From positions 1 through 64,000 of IMG/VR virus record IMGVR_UViG_3300014039_000024: DNA of 64,000 nucleotides, one strand, 5' to 3'. This document shows, one piece after another, positions 13,964 to 28,800 of this stretch. Below the pieces are notes generated by a model. The model was not told the origin of the DNA and did not search any database. It saw only the letters and a program-made list of their open reading frames with translations. Both the position numbers and the translations under genes were made by a program. This stretch comes from a virus. Lineage: Duplodnaviria; Caudoviricetes. The first letter of the stretch is position 1. Each line of letters starts with the position of its first letter.

Positions 13964-16270
13964 TTAATATACTCTCGATATTGCTTTGGTGGCACTAATA
14001 GACATTGAACCATTATAAGTTAATGGAATAGTTATTTTATTAACTAAATATTCTCCTTCAACGCCACTTTTTTTATCTTCAATATAAATTCTATTATTAG
14101 GTTCTAAATAATAAACTGGGATAGTAGAAATTGAGACGCTTTCCGCACAGTAAGCGGTCGTATAAAGCAAATCCTCAATTTCATCAACTGCACTTTTACC
14201 TTTAGAACTAATTTTAAAGTAATTATCGTATCCAGAAGGAATATTAATCCAAATATATCCACTTTCTGTCGGATAATTATTCTGAACAATAGAATCATAA
14301 TCTGTCTATGTCATAAATAAAACATCAGGTATATCTCTATAACATATAACTTTTATATTAGTATCATTAATTGCTTTTGTTCTATCTCCGATTAATTGGA
14401 CTGAATATTTAGCAATATCTGCATTTTCTTCTCCAATAAAATCAAACCAGAAATTCAAATTTTCAGGGTTATTCTTTACTTCTTCTTTAAAATCTAACTC
14501 ATCATAATCATAAATATCTCTCCAGAAAGAGAATAAATCTACATAATAAGTTTCATACCCTGTTATTCCAGAAGGATAAAGATCAGGATTCGCGATCGCC
14601 ACCTTGCTAGTAAAATCATCAGCATAATTATACTGATAATAATCTACTGCCATACGATATAAGACTTCACGCCAATCGCAATAAATAACACCTGGTTCAT
14701 TTTCGCTTTCATACCATTTATTCTTATAAGTTTTTTGTTCTAATTGCGGATTCATGGTATCAAAAATATCATTATTATACATTGTAGATTTGTATCTATT
14801 TATATCATCATCAGTCACAATAATTGTAGTATATTGAATAGGTTTCTAATCTATCGCATATCTTAGATGAATAGGAATTTCTGCTCCACTAGCACTTTCT
14901 CTCTATCCCCAAATAGAAAAATCATTTCTTAAATTAGTAATCTATGGAGTATTATTAAAAGAAATAACTGTCTATCCATCTCTAAATGAATAAACCGATG
15001 AAGAAGAATAAACCGCAGGTTCAATATAGCTATCTCCATTAGAATTATTTACTATATTATTCCAAGATTGATATTCATAAAATTTCTTTCTTTGGAAAAT
15101 AAATCTGCCATCTATATCATAATAATACTCAAAGCAACTTAACATATTTTTAATTTTATCTAATACACTAGTTACATTTTCACCAACACTAGTAATAAGC
15201 TCTCCTGCATAAACTAAATCACAAATACGATAACCGACTGTCTCATTGGTTACTCGACTAACAATAGTATAAACAGTTCCGTCTTTTACTAATCTTACCT
15301 TAGTTGGCTCAGGGATATCATCTAACAATTTATTACTATCTAAATTATCAAATATAATACTACTTACGTCTGTTATTTCTGTATTATCTACACTCAGTAA
15401 ATTTGGCATTGTTCCTATTGAAGCATTAACTATTCTATTAGTTTCTGCATCTTTAAAGAAATACATAGTTTCATCGCATTTATTAGCCAATAATTCATAG
15501 CCGTATTGATCTAAATCATTAATAACTATATTGCTTTCCTTTTCTTTGCCATAAACAGTAAGCAGTTTTTTAATAATAGTCTAAATAGGAATTGAAATTA
15601 AATTTAAATAGCTTTCTCTTAAATAATACTCTTTATTGCTAAATTCTTCTTCATCTAAAACATAATAAGTAGTTTGTTTATTCTATGTAGAAATATAGTA
15701 AATATTATGTTTTTTAGCTTCTTCTTCGCTACCAACAATATAACAATATTTACCTTTTATATAATTATCTTCAGTTATATTATCTTGTTTATTATAACTA
15801 TAAGTAATTACTTCTTCTTGCCCGAAATCTACAGAAGCAGGTAAATCACCACCTAAATCTCCATTCAATAAACACATTTTGTCTTTACCTTGAATAGAAA
15901 TACTATATGAACTAGCATTTTGAGAAGTATTAAAAGAAGTTATTAAATAAATGCCCTGATTGAACCAAATAATATCTGGATATCTATCATCAATTTTATT
16001 CTCTAATCCAATAGCCAAGCTAAATTTAGAATTTAAACCCCAAGAATATTGTCTATATAGTTTTTCATTTGTCATCATAGTAAGAGAACAAGACCTGCGG
16101 ACCGCAGATGTTCCATCAATATTAATCGATCCGCCGGTTATTTTGCCCTCTATGCTCTCTATTGGCAATTCATCAAATGTTAATAACTCAATACGAGCAT
16201 AAACTACCTTATGTTTAAATTCATCTAACTTTTTAAGAAAGTCGGTATCATATTGTCTTTGAGTCTTCAT
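13964..16270 (-). CDS. 768-aa baseplate hub/Tal-like protein
   Basis: Four ORF fragments in one frame joined by TAG; N-terminal GGSINIDGTSAVRRSCSL and C-terminal LEPNNRIYI..GEYLVNKITIPL..GSMSISA resemble siphophage hub proteins. Confidence 0.7.
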
Positions 16271-19133
16271 AATCTTCTACCGCCTTTCTTAAAGTATCAA
16301 TAAATAAAGTATAAGTTTCATCAACTGTTTTTTGTAATTCCACTACTTTATTATTATAATTCTTTATACAAATCTAAACATTACTCTAATTTACATTATA
16401 GAATGGATCATCCTTCGTGAAATCAGGATTACTCTTATCTTGTTCTAATTCTTTAAACTCTTTTAAAGCCTTTTTAGCTCTTAACCAATTCTGCTTTAAT
16501 TGATAAATTGTGGTTGTAATATAATTCTAACCATTAAAAATTCTATAAGTAGTTTGATTGTCATTCTCAAAAGAATAAACTACTTCTTGACGTTGAACTG
16601 ATAATTCACACAAAACGCCAGGATCAATTTCAATAGAACTAACATCAGTTAAATCTTTAATCTGATATTCGTTCTTCTAGTTGATACCAATAATTTGTTT
16701 ATCATCTTCATTTATTCTAATATTACAAGCCCAATTCTTTTCACTAACTAACACGCCAGAATCATAAATTTCTTTCTTAGTATAGCCATCAATATAGTAA
16801 TCTTGCTCTTCGGTTTGGCTTACTAAATAAACATGATAAATTAAAGAAGGGTCAAAATCCTCACGTTTAATTTCTATAGAATGATCTTTTTCCCCCTCTT
16901 CTTCACTAATCGCTCCGCCTGGAGTAGTATAGAAATTAACTTTATTACTTGTATATAATTTCTATACGTTACGTTTAGTAAAACGTAAGAAATAAATCTA
17001 TGTTACTTTATATTTAAAATCATCATTATAAAGATTTAAAATATTACCTTCAGTCCCATAATATTGCTCCAAAGGTAAATCTGCGACTTGAATATCGCTA
17101 ATAGTATCAAACTTACTTGCTTGTTTGCCGTAGTAAGAATATACAATAGTTCCCTATTGTAATCCCGCATCAGATAATTCAACTACTTTAACGCTATATA
17201 TTGGAGCAACATGATCTATTAAATAAGCCCCTGTGATTCCAATAACAATTTCTTCTCCATCAATACTAAATTTGTCGCCCGGAGCAAAGCCCTCGAATCG
17301 AATTGTTATAGCAGGAGAATTAGCAAGAACATCCTTAGTCTATAAACTATAATGTTTCCCATCATAAATCAATTCAAACATAGGATAAAAACTTAATGTT
17401 TGTAATAGATTATCTAAACAAGTTTGTTTATTAGCTTCTATTTTTTTAATTTCTACGTCCGTTAAATCTTCATTATCTAAATCATCTATATAAATATTTA
17501 CGTCATTGATATAGCCATTAATCTTATACCACCCATCAAAAGAAATACTATCCCATTTAAGAATTTCACTTTCAGGCGGATCTGCATCAATAAATCCATA
17601 AGTAGTAAGATTATCAAAAGTAACTTTATCAATCTCATAAGCGGTTCCACTAAATGTATGAAGCATACGTCCTAACTTATCTTCTGGACTTAAACTTACA
17701 TTCAATAAACGTACAATAAAATTTCCCTCTGTCGGAGATTTAAATAATTTAGGTTCTCCATCAGTTAAAAATTCTAAAGCCTTAGTTTTAAATTGACGCT
17801 CTATATTAATATTATAATCAGTTAAATCAGTTGATGTAAAATCTTTAATTTCATCATCACCTAATTTATCTATAAATAAATGATCTTCATCCATAAGATA
17901 AGAAATTAAACCACTTACAGGGAATTCATGATAATAAGTATTTCCATTTCTGAAAATATAAGGATACTGACTTCCGATAGTATCAGTTTTGCTTTCAAGA
18001 GTATTGATTTTAAAACTGCTTACTTTTGGATTAAATTTTATTTTTAATAACTATCCATTACTATATAAAAAGCTATCTTCAAAAATACTATATACTGTGT
18101 TAGAAAAGATTTTATTACTGCGGACCGCGGTTTCATCACTATATTGCTGAACCGCATATTGATAACTAAATCCATGCTCGACAGTAAAATCTCTATACAA
18201 TTCTCTTGAAGGCGTTTCGCCAACTAATTTAAATTTTAATACCGTATTCCAAGTATTAAAATCATCTTCACTACTGGCTCTTAATAATGTAAATGCTCCA
18301 GTAGCGGGGATCTCTAGTCCTGTTTTTTTATCGCGGATTCCATTTAAATCAATTCTTACATATCCATTATTTTCGTCCATTGTCGCGGAAAGTGTTGCTT
18401 GTAATTCTGGATCAATAGTTTCTCTATTGATAATTTGGTATTTAATACTTTCTGCTTCATAGTTATTAATAGTAGTTACACTATATTGAATAAAATAATT
18501 CTTATTCTTTTGTAACTCTTTATTTAATTCAAAACTATCATAACTTTCATTTAATTCTGTATCATTAATTGAATTATGTAATTGCTCTCCGCTATCAGTA
18601 AAAATATTACCAACTTCATCATATACTTTAAATCTATATGAATAAATCTTTTCAGTAACATCTCCACCATCTTGACTATATACTCCAATAAAATCTATTT
18701 TATTTATTCCAACTAAATTATCTTCAAAACCTTTTATATAAACTGCGGGTTTAGTCGTACATTTAGCAATGCCAACTGTAGAATAGTATCCAACTACTCC
18801 GTTAGTATTAATATAAGCTAATTGAATTTTATAAGACTATCCCGGATTCAATTTATATTGAATAAGTTTTCCATTATTAGTAATTGATTTAAGATTTATA
18901 TTGAAAGTAATAGATCCTTGTTCCAAGCAACCGCGGATTTTGCTTGGAGTAAAATCCGCGGTTGTTCCCTGAGCAATTACTACATTACTTGATACTGTTT
19001 TGATTATATAGCACAATCCTGAAACCTCTACCATGCTAACCGCACGATTCATTTGGAATGGAATAGTAATTTCCTATCCAACAAATGCTGGTAAAGTTCC
19101 AGATATAATAGGTGGATACAATTTATTAACCAT
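16248..19133 (-). CDS. 961-aa distal-tail (Dit)-like protein with FN3/Ig-like N-terminal region
   Basis: ATG at 19133 with GGAGG RBS; fragments joined by TAG; TGA at 16248 overlapping next gene; EFLTDGEPKLFKSPTEGNFIVRL resembles Dit-type motif. Confidence 0.6.
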
Positions 19134-19143
19134 TTTATCCCTC

Positions 19144-19311
19144 CTAATTATTTTCGTTATTCTTCTCCTCTTGAAGATCTGCTAATCTATTTGTAAAATC
19201 TCTTAATTGTTTTAAACACTCTCCCATAAGAATAGTATCCTCTCCTTTAGTAGTGACTAAGGAAAGAGTATTGTATAAAACTTTTAAAAAATTAATATCT
19301 CTTTCATTCAT
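19144..19311 (-). CDS. 55-aa hypothetical protein
   Basis: ATG at 19311 behind AAAGGAGAAAAAGGAAA; MNERDINFLKVLYNTLSLVTTKGEDTILMGECLKQL..; the upstream part of the ORF-track call overlaps the previous gene. Confidence 0.7.
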   Translation of the reverse strand: MNERDINFLKVLYNTLSLVTTKGEDTILMGECLKQLRDFTNRLADLQEEKNNENN

Positions 19312-19327
19312 TTTCCTTTTTCTCCTT

Positions 19328-22300
19328 TTATGGTACATATGCTTTAACGATATCGACAATATATGAATACAAATCTTTATCGCCTTCGCTAGTAGTTGAT
19401 ATATAAATAGTACCAGCTCGACCCAATGCCACACTGCTACAATCAGTAAAATCTGCTTGATCGCCAGACACAGTAAAACCATCGCCTAAAGTTATAGAAG
19501 CTCTTCGCCCTACAATCTAAGCTACTGTTTTATTCCCATCCGGAGACACGCCAAAACACTAAAGTAATAGGCTTAAAGCATCAGCAGCATCATCAAATGC
19601 TTCATCAGCTCTGCTCTAAGCTGTAGCAATATCTTCTACCCAACCTTTAGATTCTTTTGCGATTCTTTTAGCTTCTGAGGCTGCTGTTCCTATTTCATTT
19701 AAAATTTCATTTAAAGTATGAGTGCCAGAGGTCCAATAAGAACCAGTACTTCCTGTATAATTAATATTAATACTATCTTTAAATGTCCCTGTATTCGCAA
19801 TAATAGAACCGTCATTTAAATTTATATACATTCCAGTAGCATTATCTGTAGTATAATTTTTAGACTTTAAATAATAACCATCACTTCCTACATTCATTAA
19901 AGTAGTATTGCTAGCGGGGTCTTTAATTGTTAAATATGGACTAGATTTATTTAATAAAAAAGCACTATAATTATTACTTTTTCCATCTATCTTACTTTCT
20001 TTTAAATCAATCAAAAGACCATTACCACTGTCGTATCCTTCAGATTTTATCTAACTAGTACTTCCATTAATTGTAATTCGTCCATTGCCAGATTTACCAA
20101 ATGTGGCGGTTCCATCATCTTTTAAAGCATAAACCTAATCACCTTTATAATATCCATAAACACCAGTGTTTTTACTGAGACTACTATCAGCTTTACCATC
20201 TCCGAAAGATCCCATTAAAACACCAGTAAATGTATTATTATTTTCTTTTTTACCGGCCGCGATCTAGGCAACACCAATAAAATTATTACTATCGTCTATG
20301 CTTAACTATCCATCCCATTTATTTACCATAGCTGACGGATATTTATTCTATATAACTAAAATAGGTTGGCTCCAAACTACAGTACTATTTCGCACACCTT
20401 GAACTCCATAAACACTTACGCCATCAACATAAAAATTCATAGGACTTAATCTATATTCTTTTTTCTTCTCATTATATTTAATCTAACCAATAAATTCATC
20501 TGAAGAATTATTAGAATAAGTATTCCAAATTACATTTTCATCTATCTCTTCGCCATTTACAAATAATTTATAAGGCTCTTTGGAAAATGTAGGTTCACCA
20601 TTACTTAAATAAATTACCTCTGTTGGACCATTTATGTAGGCATTGTCTAAAGTCGTAATAGGAACTGGATAATAGGCGGTTAAGTCATAATCTCCCCAGT
20701 CAGATAATGTCACCTATAAAATAATTAAATTATTCATTATAGAATTTGTAGTATTAACACTTAACTTACAACTCTATTCATTTTTGTTATTTAAACTAAC
20801 ATTATTAACTGTTGAACCATCCATAAACTCCCAAGCCCATTTACAATTATTAAAATTAGTAACCTCTTTACCTTCATTGTCATACAACTGTGCTTTAAAA
20901 GTGTAATTATCTCTTACACCACTTTTAATGGCAGTAAATACTTTATTATTTAAGTTTTCATGGGCTATCATATCAATTACTAAAGTACAATCAGTACCAT
21001 TTGTTCCTGCCTGTCCAAAAGTGAAATCCTTAATAGCAGTATAAACAATACCATCTTTTTCTACTTTAGCAATTACTGTGTTATTAGATTTATTAGCACT
21101 ATAAAAAGTATTAATAGTATAATCTAAAGAAAATTCTCCAGAAGGAGTTTCATCATTTTCATTAGTTAAATCAATAACAATTTCTTTATAAGTAGCATTT
21201 TCATTTTCAGTATCTTCAATACCAAAATTAAACATAGTATTCTTAATAGGAATCTGCCAAGTTACTTTTTGTGCTTCAACTAATTTACTTATATCTCCGC
21301 CATTTTTACCGATTATACCATCTGTGATGGCATAAGTCTTAGAATCAAAATGTAGAGTTAATTTACGACTAATCTTTCCATCCGATCTATTCATTAAATA
21401 ATTAGCCTAATTATAAATTAAATAATTACCATTAGTCTAATCTTCACAATAAATAGATAAAGCATTTAAACTATCAATGGTCGCATCATTAGGGACTTGC
21501 TTCTCATTATTAAAAGTAATTACATTACTTCTATAAACTTTTCCATTATATAAGATAATTACTTTGACTTGTTCTTGATTTTTATTAGAGCGCGGTTTTA
21601 GCTTATAATAAAAATTATTAGTATTATCTTCGATCGCAGTCCAATAGACACCAGAATATTCGTCCGCGGAAGGTGCCCCAAATTCATAGATATACCAACG
21701 GACTTCAAAAATATCATCCTTGGTATGCTCGGTTATTTGAACTCTATTACCATCTTCATCAAAATGAACCCACTTTAATCTAACAGTTTTAGAATCAATC
21801 TAACCCTTATCATCAATTACATATGTACTTCCATCTAACGAATATACTCTTACATATTCATTCTCTATCTCATCAGCGGAAATACCTAATCCCATATAGA
21901 TATCTTTTACAAAGATATTATTGGGTGGAACCGACATATTAAAATCATTAGCATAGCTAATTAAGCTATTATTACTATCTTTAAAATTACCTTTTTGATA
22001 AAGGAATATTTTTATATTATATATTTTTGCTACCGCACTTGTATCAACAACAATTTCTTGAGAATAATATCCTTCAAAATTATAGGGATTACCATACATA
22101 TCATTAGTATCTAATTCAATAGATGCTATTAATGGAGCTCCATCTTTTTCAATATTTTTCCCTATTTCTTTAATATTTTCTGCGGTATCATCTTTAATAC
22201 CATATATTTCTAGTCTTAATCCATAATTACCACTAACCACACCGAGCGTTTCAAGCCAGGCACGAAAATCGGCACGTAGGCCCAACCGCGTAAACCCTTG

Positions 22301-22759
22301 CTATTCATCAGTGAAAGTAATTCCACCTTCAGGGGTAATCTCAATTTCTTCCTCATTACCATTAGCAAGGATACTCCAAACTTCTTTATTATTATCTCTG
22401 GTAACAAAAAAATTACCAGTTAAATCAATAAAAGTATTAAAAGGATTAACAAAATTATATGGCTTATCTTCATTTTTATCTGTCTTTTTACCAACAATGA
22501 ATTTAGTGCTATTATAATCTCCTTTTGGAATCTATACATACACTTTATCATCCTTGTTGTAAGTGGTTATTTGGGAATAAGCATAAAATTCAGCGTAAGA
22601 TTCATTTTTAACCTTATACTTACCGATAAGTTTATCTGTGTCATCAATAATAGTACATTCAATAGTGCTATCAAATTTAACTTTATCAACACTTGAATTA
22701 GCGATAATACTCATTGCTTCACATAAACTTTCTTGAATATTTAATGCGTTATCAGCCAA
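19328..22759 (-). CDS. 1143-aa large tail-tip/baseplate protein
   Basis: TTG start with GGAGG RBS directly after the tape measure; five fragments in frame via TAG; TAA at 19328. Confidence 0.7.
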
Positions 22760-22832
22760 AATAATCCCTCCTTTTACTCATTACTCTATAATTTTCTAAA
22801 AAATTAATTAGTTTTATTCAATATAATTACCC

Positions 22833-22869
22833 AAAAAGAAAAAGGGTGAAGCCCGTAGACCTCACCCTT
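22833..22869 (-). terminator. Rho-independent terminator after tape measure gene
   Basis: AAGGGTGA/TCACCCTT stem plus U-run on the minus strand. Confidence 0.7.
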
Positions 22870-22873
22870 AATT

Positions 22874-25800
22874 TTATTTTCTATTGGCATATTGAGAAGC
22901 TACATTAACTAATGTATTAAATGCTTCTTGAATTTCATATCTATCAGTTGCGTTCGGGAAATTAGCTTCAATTCTAACATTCTATTCTAATGTTCCATCT
23001 TGAGAACTAACAGTAAATCCAGAAGATGAAAGAGTAGAAATTTGCTGACTATTAAAATCTAACTGTTTCGCAATCTATCTAACTAATTGGATAGAAGCTA
23101 ACATATTTTCAGTATCATCAGCATTAAGAACTAATTCTTTCTGATGCAAGAAAGCTAACTTACCATCGTCATTCCAAGTACCAGTATAACCGCCACTTCT
23201 GAATCCGACCAATTGTCTCCAAACACTATCAGGTATATCTGGGAAATAATTGTATGTTTGACCATTGCGGGTAATCGGCAATGTTAAACCTTTACGATAG
23301 AAAGCGTCAACACGAGCATTGGTGGCAGTGCCAACATCATAACCACCATTAATCTTATCTTCACGATTCTGCATATATTTATAATAATCGTCAGAGCCGT
23401 ACTCTACACTACCCATATCTTTAGACCAATCGCTATCGCTACTAGAACCACTTCCATTACCAAATCCACTCTAAGCACGTAATGTTGCTTGAATAGAGTC
23501 TAAAAGTTCCTCATAAGCTTTAATGGTATCAAGTAATTGCTGACGGTGCTAAGCCCAAGCCTCAGTGGCGCTACGGACAGAACTTAACTCACTTTCAAGA
23601 GCAGGAATAACCTTATTAGATACTTCTTGATAAAGTTTGTCGCTTTCATCAGTAACATCCTTGACTTTCTACTGAGTATCGCTTAAATCATCACCAACTA
23701 TGTCAGTAATCTCATCCATACTAGCTTGCCATTCTTTAAATGTATCATTAATGATATTAGTATTTTCAGTGATAGTATCTTTCCAACTATCGCTATTCTC
23801 TTTAATAACATCAAAAGAGTTTACCCAAGCATCTTGAACAACTCTACTGTCTTCCTCTTGCGCTAAAGCATAAAGATTCCCAGCAGTAGTAATCAAATCA
23901 GTATATTGTTGAATTACTAAAGCACGCTCTTGCTGATACGTAGTTTCGCGGTAAACCGCGTCTTCTGCTGCCTTCTGATCGAGCTCTGCGAGCTTTTCAG
24001 CCAGTTCTTTCTCATATTGAAGTTTTTGCTGACCATATTTATTTGTCGCATTAAGACGAATATTATATAAATCATTTTCTGCACCTGCTAAATCTTGCTC
24101 CGCGTCATTTACTTTCTCTTGGTCTGCGGTATACACATAACCAAAATTACCCTCGTTATCGCGCTGTAATCTAACTGTAGATTTTGCGTTTTGAGCTTCC
24201 TCTAATGCGATTTGTGCTTCAAGCACTTTATATTTAGCCTAAGCAATCTCTAATTCTAACTGACTTAATTGGTCCTTATCCCTCAACTATTCAATTTCTT
24301 TAGTAAATTGCTGGTATCTATTTTTAGCTGCTTGATTATTTGTCTTATCAATAGCCTAATTAACATTATTAAGCAGTTTATTCATTTCGTAAATCTGATT
24401 AGTTTTTGTTAAATATTCATCTTGATAAGAAGACATTCTATCTAAAGCGTCGTTTAAAGCATCCCATCCAGAGATATTAAAATTATCACCATTAATGGTT
24501 ACTTTAGTAGAGCTTAGTTGTTTGTTCATTTCATCAGCAGCCTACTCCATTTTTGTAGTAAGAATCTCTTTTAACGCTTCGCCATATTCTTCAGCTTTAG
24601 AGAGCATGTCCTCTTCCGCTTCATCAAACGCGGCTAATATAGCATCATAATTCTTTTGAAGCACTTCACGTTCAGCATCATCGGTCGAATTAGCTAAGGC
24701 CGCTGCCGCCGCATCACGTTCACGCTTCAAACTCTCATACCATTGTTTAGAAGCATCAAAATTATTTTTCTTAGTCTAAGCAGTTCCATTCAAAACTGAT
24801 AAAACTTTATCATAATCTTTGTCCTTACCTAATAAAGTAATAATAGAACGATAGTGGTCTAATACACTAGTTAAATGTTCCATATGGTCTGTATATTTAG
24901 ACAATTCATCATTTGCCAAATCTATAGTATTACCATAGTATTCAAGCATTTCTTTGTCTAAATCCTACAAAGCATTTAAATTATCTAATGTATTATCATA
25001 TACATCCTATAAGCCTTCAATATAATTCTCTTGAGAAATTTCTCCATTAGAATAAGCATTATTTAACTAACCATAGAAATTCTCATAAGTTCCTAATTGA
25101 CTAATTACTGGATCAAATTGACCTTGTAAATATCCAAGAGCTTCAGCAGCTTTATAAATATTATCACTTAACTTATCGAAATAATATTCTAATTTCTTAG
25201 TATCATTTTCATCTAATTGAATCTTTACTTCAACTTCATAAGTAAGCATTTGATAATTTCTATCTTGCCACTCATTTATTTTATCTTGAATATCATCAGT
25301 TAATTCTTCAACTAAGTCTCTTGTGTCTTCATACTAACTAATAGCATCTTTTAACTCATCAATTTTCTCTTGAATCGGATCTAAAGTTGCTTCTTTATAA
25401 GCATCTTGCGCGTCTTTTGTAGAGAAGGAATTTGCTCTATCCTACGCGGCCGCGAGCTAATTATAAAGTTTAGTCATCTAATCAGTATAATTAGAAATAT
25501 CACCATCTTCATCAAATGTAAAAGTGACTCCCGCTTTTTTCGCAGCTTGTTCTAAAGCCGCTTTATCTGTTTTTAAGTAAGCCTATGCTTCTTTTTGCTT
25601 TTGCTTTAATAAATCAACTTCTTTTAAAATTAATTTATTGCCTTTAGCCATTGCATCAAGATGAGCTTTACCCCAAAGTCTATCAGCAGATTTATCTGCC
25701 CTATCCAAAGAACGAGTAACATCTTCAATGCTATCAGTTACTTCTTTATATCTGTCAACAATTTCAGACTTCTAAGTTTTATCAATTTTAGAAGGTTTAG

Positions 25801-28800
25801 AAGAAGAACCTCCACTTGATTTGCTATTTCCTGAACCTCCAGAGTTAGTAGAAGAGTGATTATTTGAACTACCAGTAGCTTTCTTTCTTAGCCCTTTAAT
25901 TTGAGGAGGAGTCTTTCCACCGCTAAAAGACACTAAACGCATACTACTATCAGCTTCAGTAGGCTCTTCAGCTTTCGTTTCTGTCTTTGTTGTAAAAGAT
26001 GGCAGATTAATAGTATGTTTACCAAAAATTCCAAAATCAAAAGTTTTAGGATTATCAGATTTAATATCTACTACACGAGTTACTGTTTCAGCATTCGGCA
26101 TTTCAGCAGAAGTATCAATATCCTCTGCATTATAAACTGGTTCGTAACCAATTCCAGCAAAATAAGCATTAGCTTCATCTGCTGTCATTTGAGAAGTCTA
26201 AACCAATTCATTAGCAGCTTTTAAGAAATCTTCATCTTTAACAGTAGCTCCAACTTCAATAGTTGGATCAATTTCAGAACAAGCATCTTTGACTTTCTAG
26301 TCTAAAGCTTCTACCTAAGCTGTAAATTCTTCATCCTAGCCTAAAGTAATCTAAGTAATAATTTCTTCATCCATTGAACTCCTTAAAGAATCAATAGCTT
26401 TTTCATCGCCTTCAGCCGCATTAGCAATTTCATCTAAATGACTAGTGACAAAATCATCTGTAATGAAATCTTCCTCAACATCAAGGACATCAGATAAAGC
26501 AGAACGAGTCTTACTTAAAGCATTAAAATACTCTTGACTACCTTTTGAGCTCTTTTTTAAAACATCATTCCAAGTTTCAAAATTATCAGATAAAGTTTCT
26601 ATACCTTTATTCATTCGAGTAATCTAAACTGCTAAGCTGGCCGCCGCGTTAGCATCTTGAGAAACACTATCATCAAATTCATCAGAATTTTTAGATACTT
26701 CAAGAATATAAGAAGCATAATCTTTCATAGACTAAACCTCATCATCGCTTAATCCCATTTTTTCACCAGCATTAGTAAAGAAATCAGACATACTATCTAA
26801 TTCACCAATAGCACTTAAATCTTTAAGCCCATCTTTAAATTTATCGACAGTCACTTTACCGTTGGCTAATTGTTCTACTAATCTTTGATAAGCATCGCTT
26901 TGTTTATCTATATATTTAATACTTTCACTAAAATTCTATAAATCTTCTTCAGAAGTACCATAAGCATTAACAATTTTATTAAAATATTCATTACCTAAGT
27001 CTGTATCATCAAAAGATTTTTGTAAACTTCTCTAAAAACTATCTAAATAATTTAATTGATCTGAATCTAAATTACTTAAATCTACTCCATTTAAAGACTC
27101 TTGTAAAGTGTTCTATAAAACAGTAGTAAATTTTTCGGCTACTTCAGGAGAAGAATAAGCTTCAGCTAATTGACTATAAAATTGGTCTGCACTAACTTTT
27201 AATTCATCTCCATCAACATTCAAAACCATATTTCCTTTACGCTAAGCTACATAAGATACATCTTCATATCCTTGTTGCTTAAGTAATTGTATATAATCTT
27301 GAATTTCTTGCTCATTACCACTATAATTTATATGTTTATTCCATTTAAAATTTTCCTATAACTTAGATTTCTAATCAGCTATAGTTTGAGCATAAATATC
27401 TTCTCCATTAAAAAGATCATTTATTTCATCAGCAGTTCTGTCACTTCCAAGAGCTGAAAATTCTGCTTCTAATAAATTATTATATAATAATTTTCCCTAT
27501 TCTTTTAAAGAAGAATTTTTAGTTATCTAATCTTTATTTTCCAGAATGGATTGATAAAATGCTTCAACTGTATCATCCTTAACATTTTCAATACCAGCCC
27601 CCGTCGCATCTGCTATCGCATTTAATAATTCGCGAGCTCCTTCTTTAGTATAAATCATATTTCCAAAAGCAGGATTATCAGCAGCATTTTGAATCATTTC
27701 ACTTAAATTAGTTTTAGTAAGATCACTACCTCCTAACGTGGAAGCCGCAATTCCTAAACCAAAACTAGTATCTTTAAATGAGCTATAACTATTTTCAATT
27801 TGCTAATTATTTAAAGCAATCTAATCCTTTATTTTTGTAGCGGTTGCAATTTTAAGACTCTCTTTTTGAGACTCTTCTAAATATTTTCGCCCTTCATCGC
27901 TAACATCCATAGCTCCATTTTCATCAGTAGTAATATATTTAGATAATTCAGGGTATTTTTCTAATAATTCAGTAATTTCAGCATTAACATCAGAAATGGC
28001 TTTATACCATTCAATAGTGCCAGGGACTAAATCTCCAATTGTATCTTTATAAGACTACAATTTTTCTAATGCTGAATTAGTTTCGTCAATACTATTGTTT
28101 AATTTATCAAAAGCTTCAGAACTCGCTTTCGCATTTTCTTCTAGCTTTTTTAATTTTGCTTCTGGAGTGCTTTCCTACATCTTTTTGAAACCAATAGCAA
28201 TTAAAGCAATAACTCCAGCTAAAGCGGTAAAAGCTCCAACTGCTACAAGTGCAGTTGCAGCAAACATACTCATACCCGTCTTTGCTGCTACTAAAGCCGC
28301 TGTCTAAACTAATAAACTATTAGCAAATTTAGTTGAAGAAAAAGCTGCCTAAACCTATGCCAAAGTCATTTCTTTAGTAACAACTACTTTTCCTTCAGTA
28401 GCTGCAGTATTGGCATTTATAGCAACAGTTTCAAGAAGTGTCTACATAGTTGCTTTTAACTAAGTAGCACTTTTCTTTACTTCAGCTTCTTTAAATTGAT
28501 TAATAGCGGAAGTCAAAGAGACTAATGCCATACTCAAAGATACAGTAACAGATAACAATTTATCACCGATACTCATATCTTCATCCTATAAAGTATCAAT
28601 CGCTCCCTTTAAGGACATTATCCCCATTGCAAAAGAAGAAATAGCAGTGAAACTCTAAGTAATAGATTTACCGAAATCATTAAGAGCACTTTCGTATCCA
28701 CTGATCGCACTTTTAATTTCAACAAATTGATTACGTAATCCCTCATTTCCATTTTTAAGAATTTCAGATTTTTCTTTCACATCTAATAGAGTATTACCTA

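Noticed and set aside
19312-19482. N-terminal extension of ORF 19144-19482
   Set aside because: It overlaps the 1143-aa gene in another frame; the strong RBS sits before ATG 19311.
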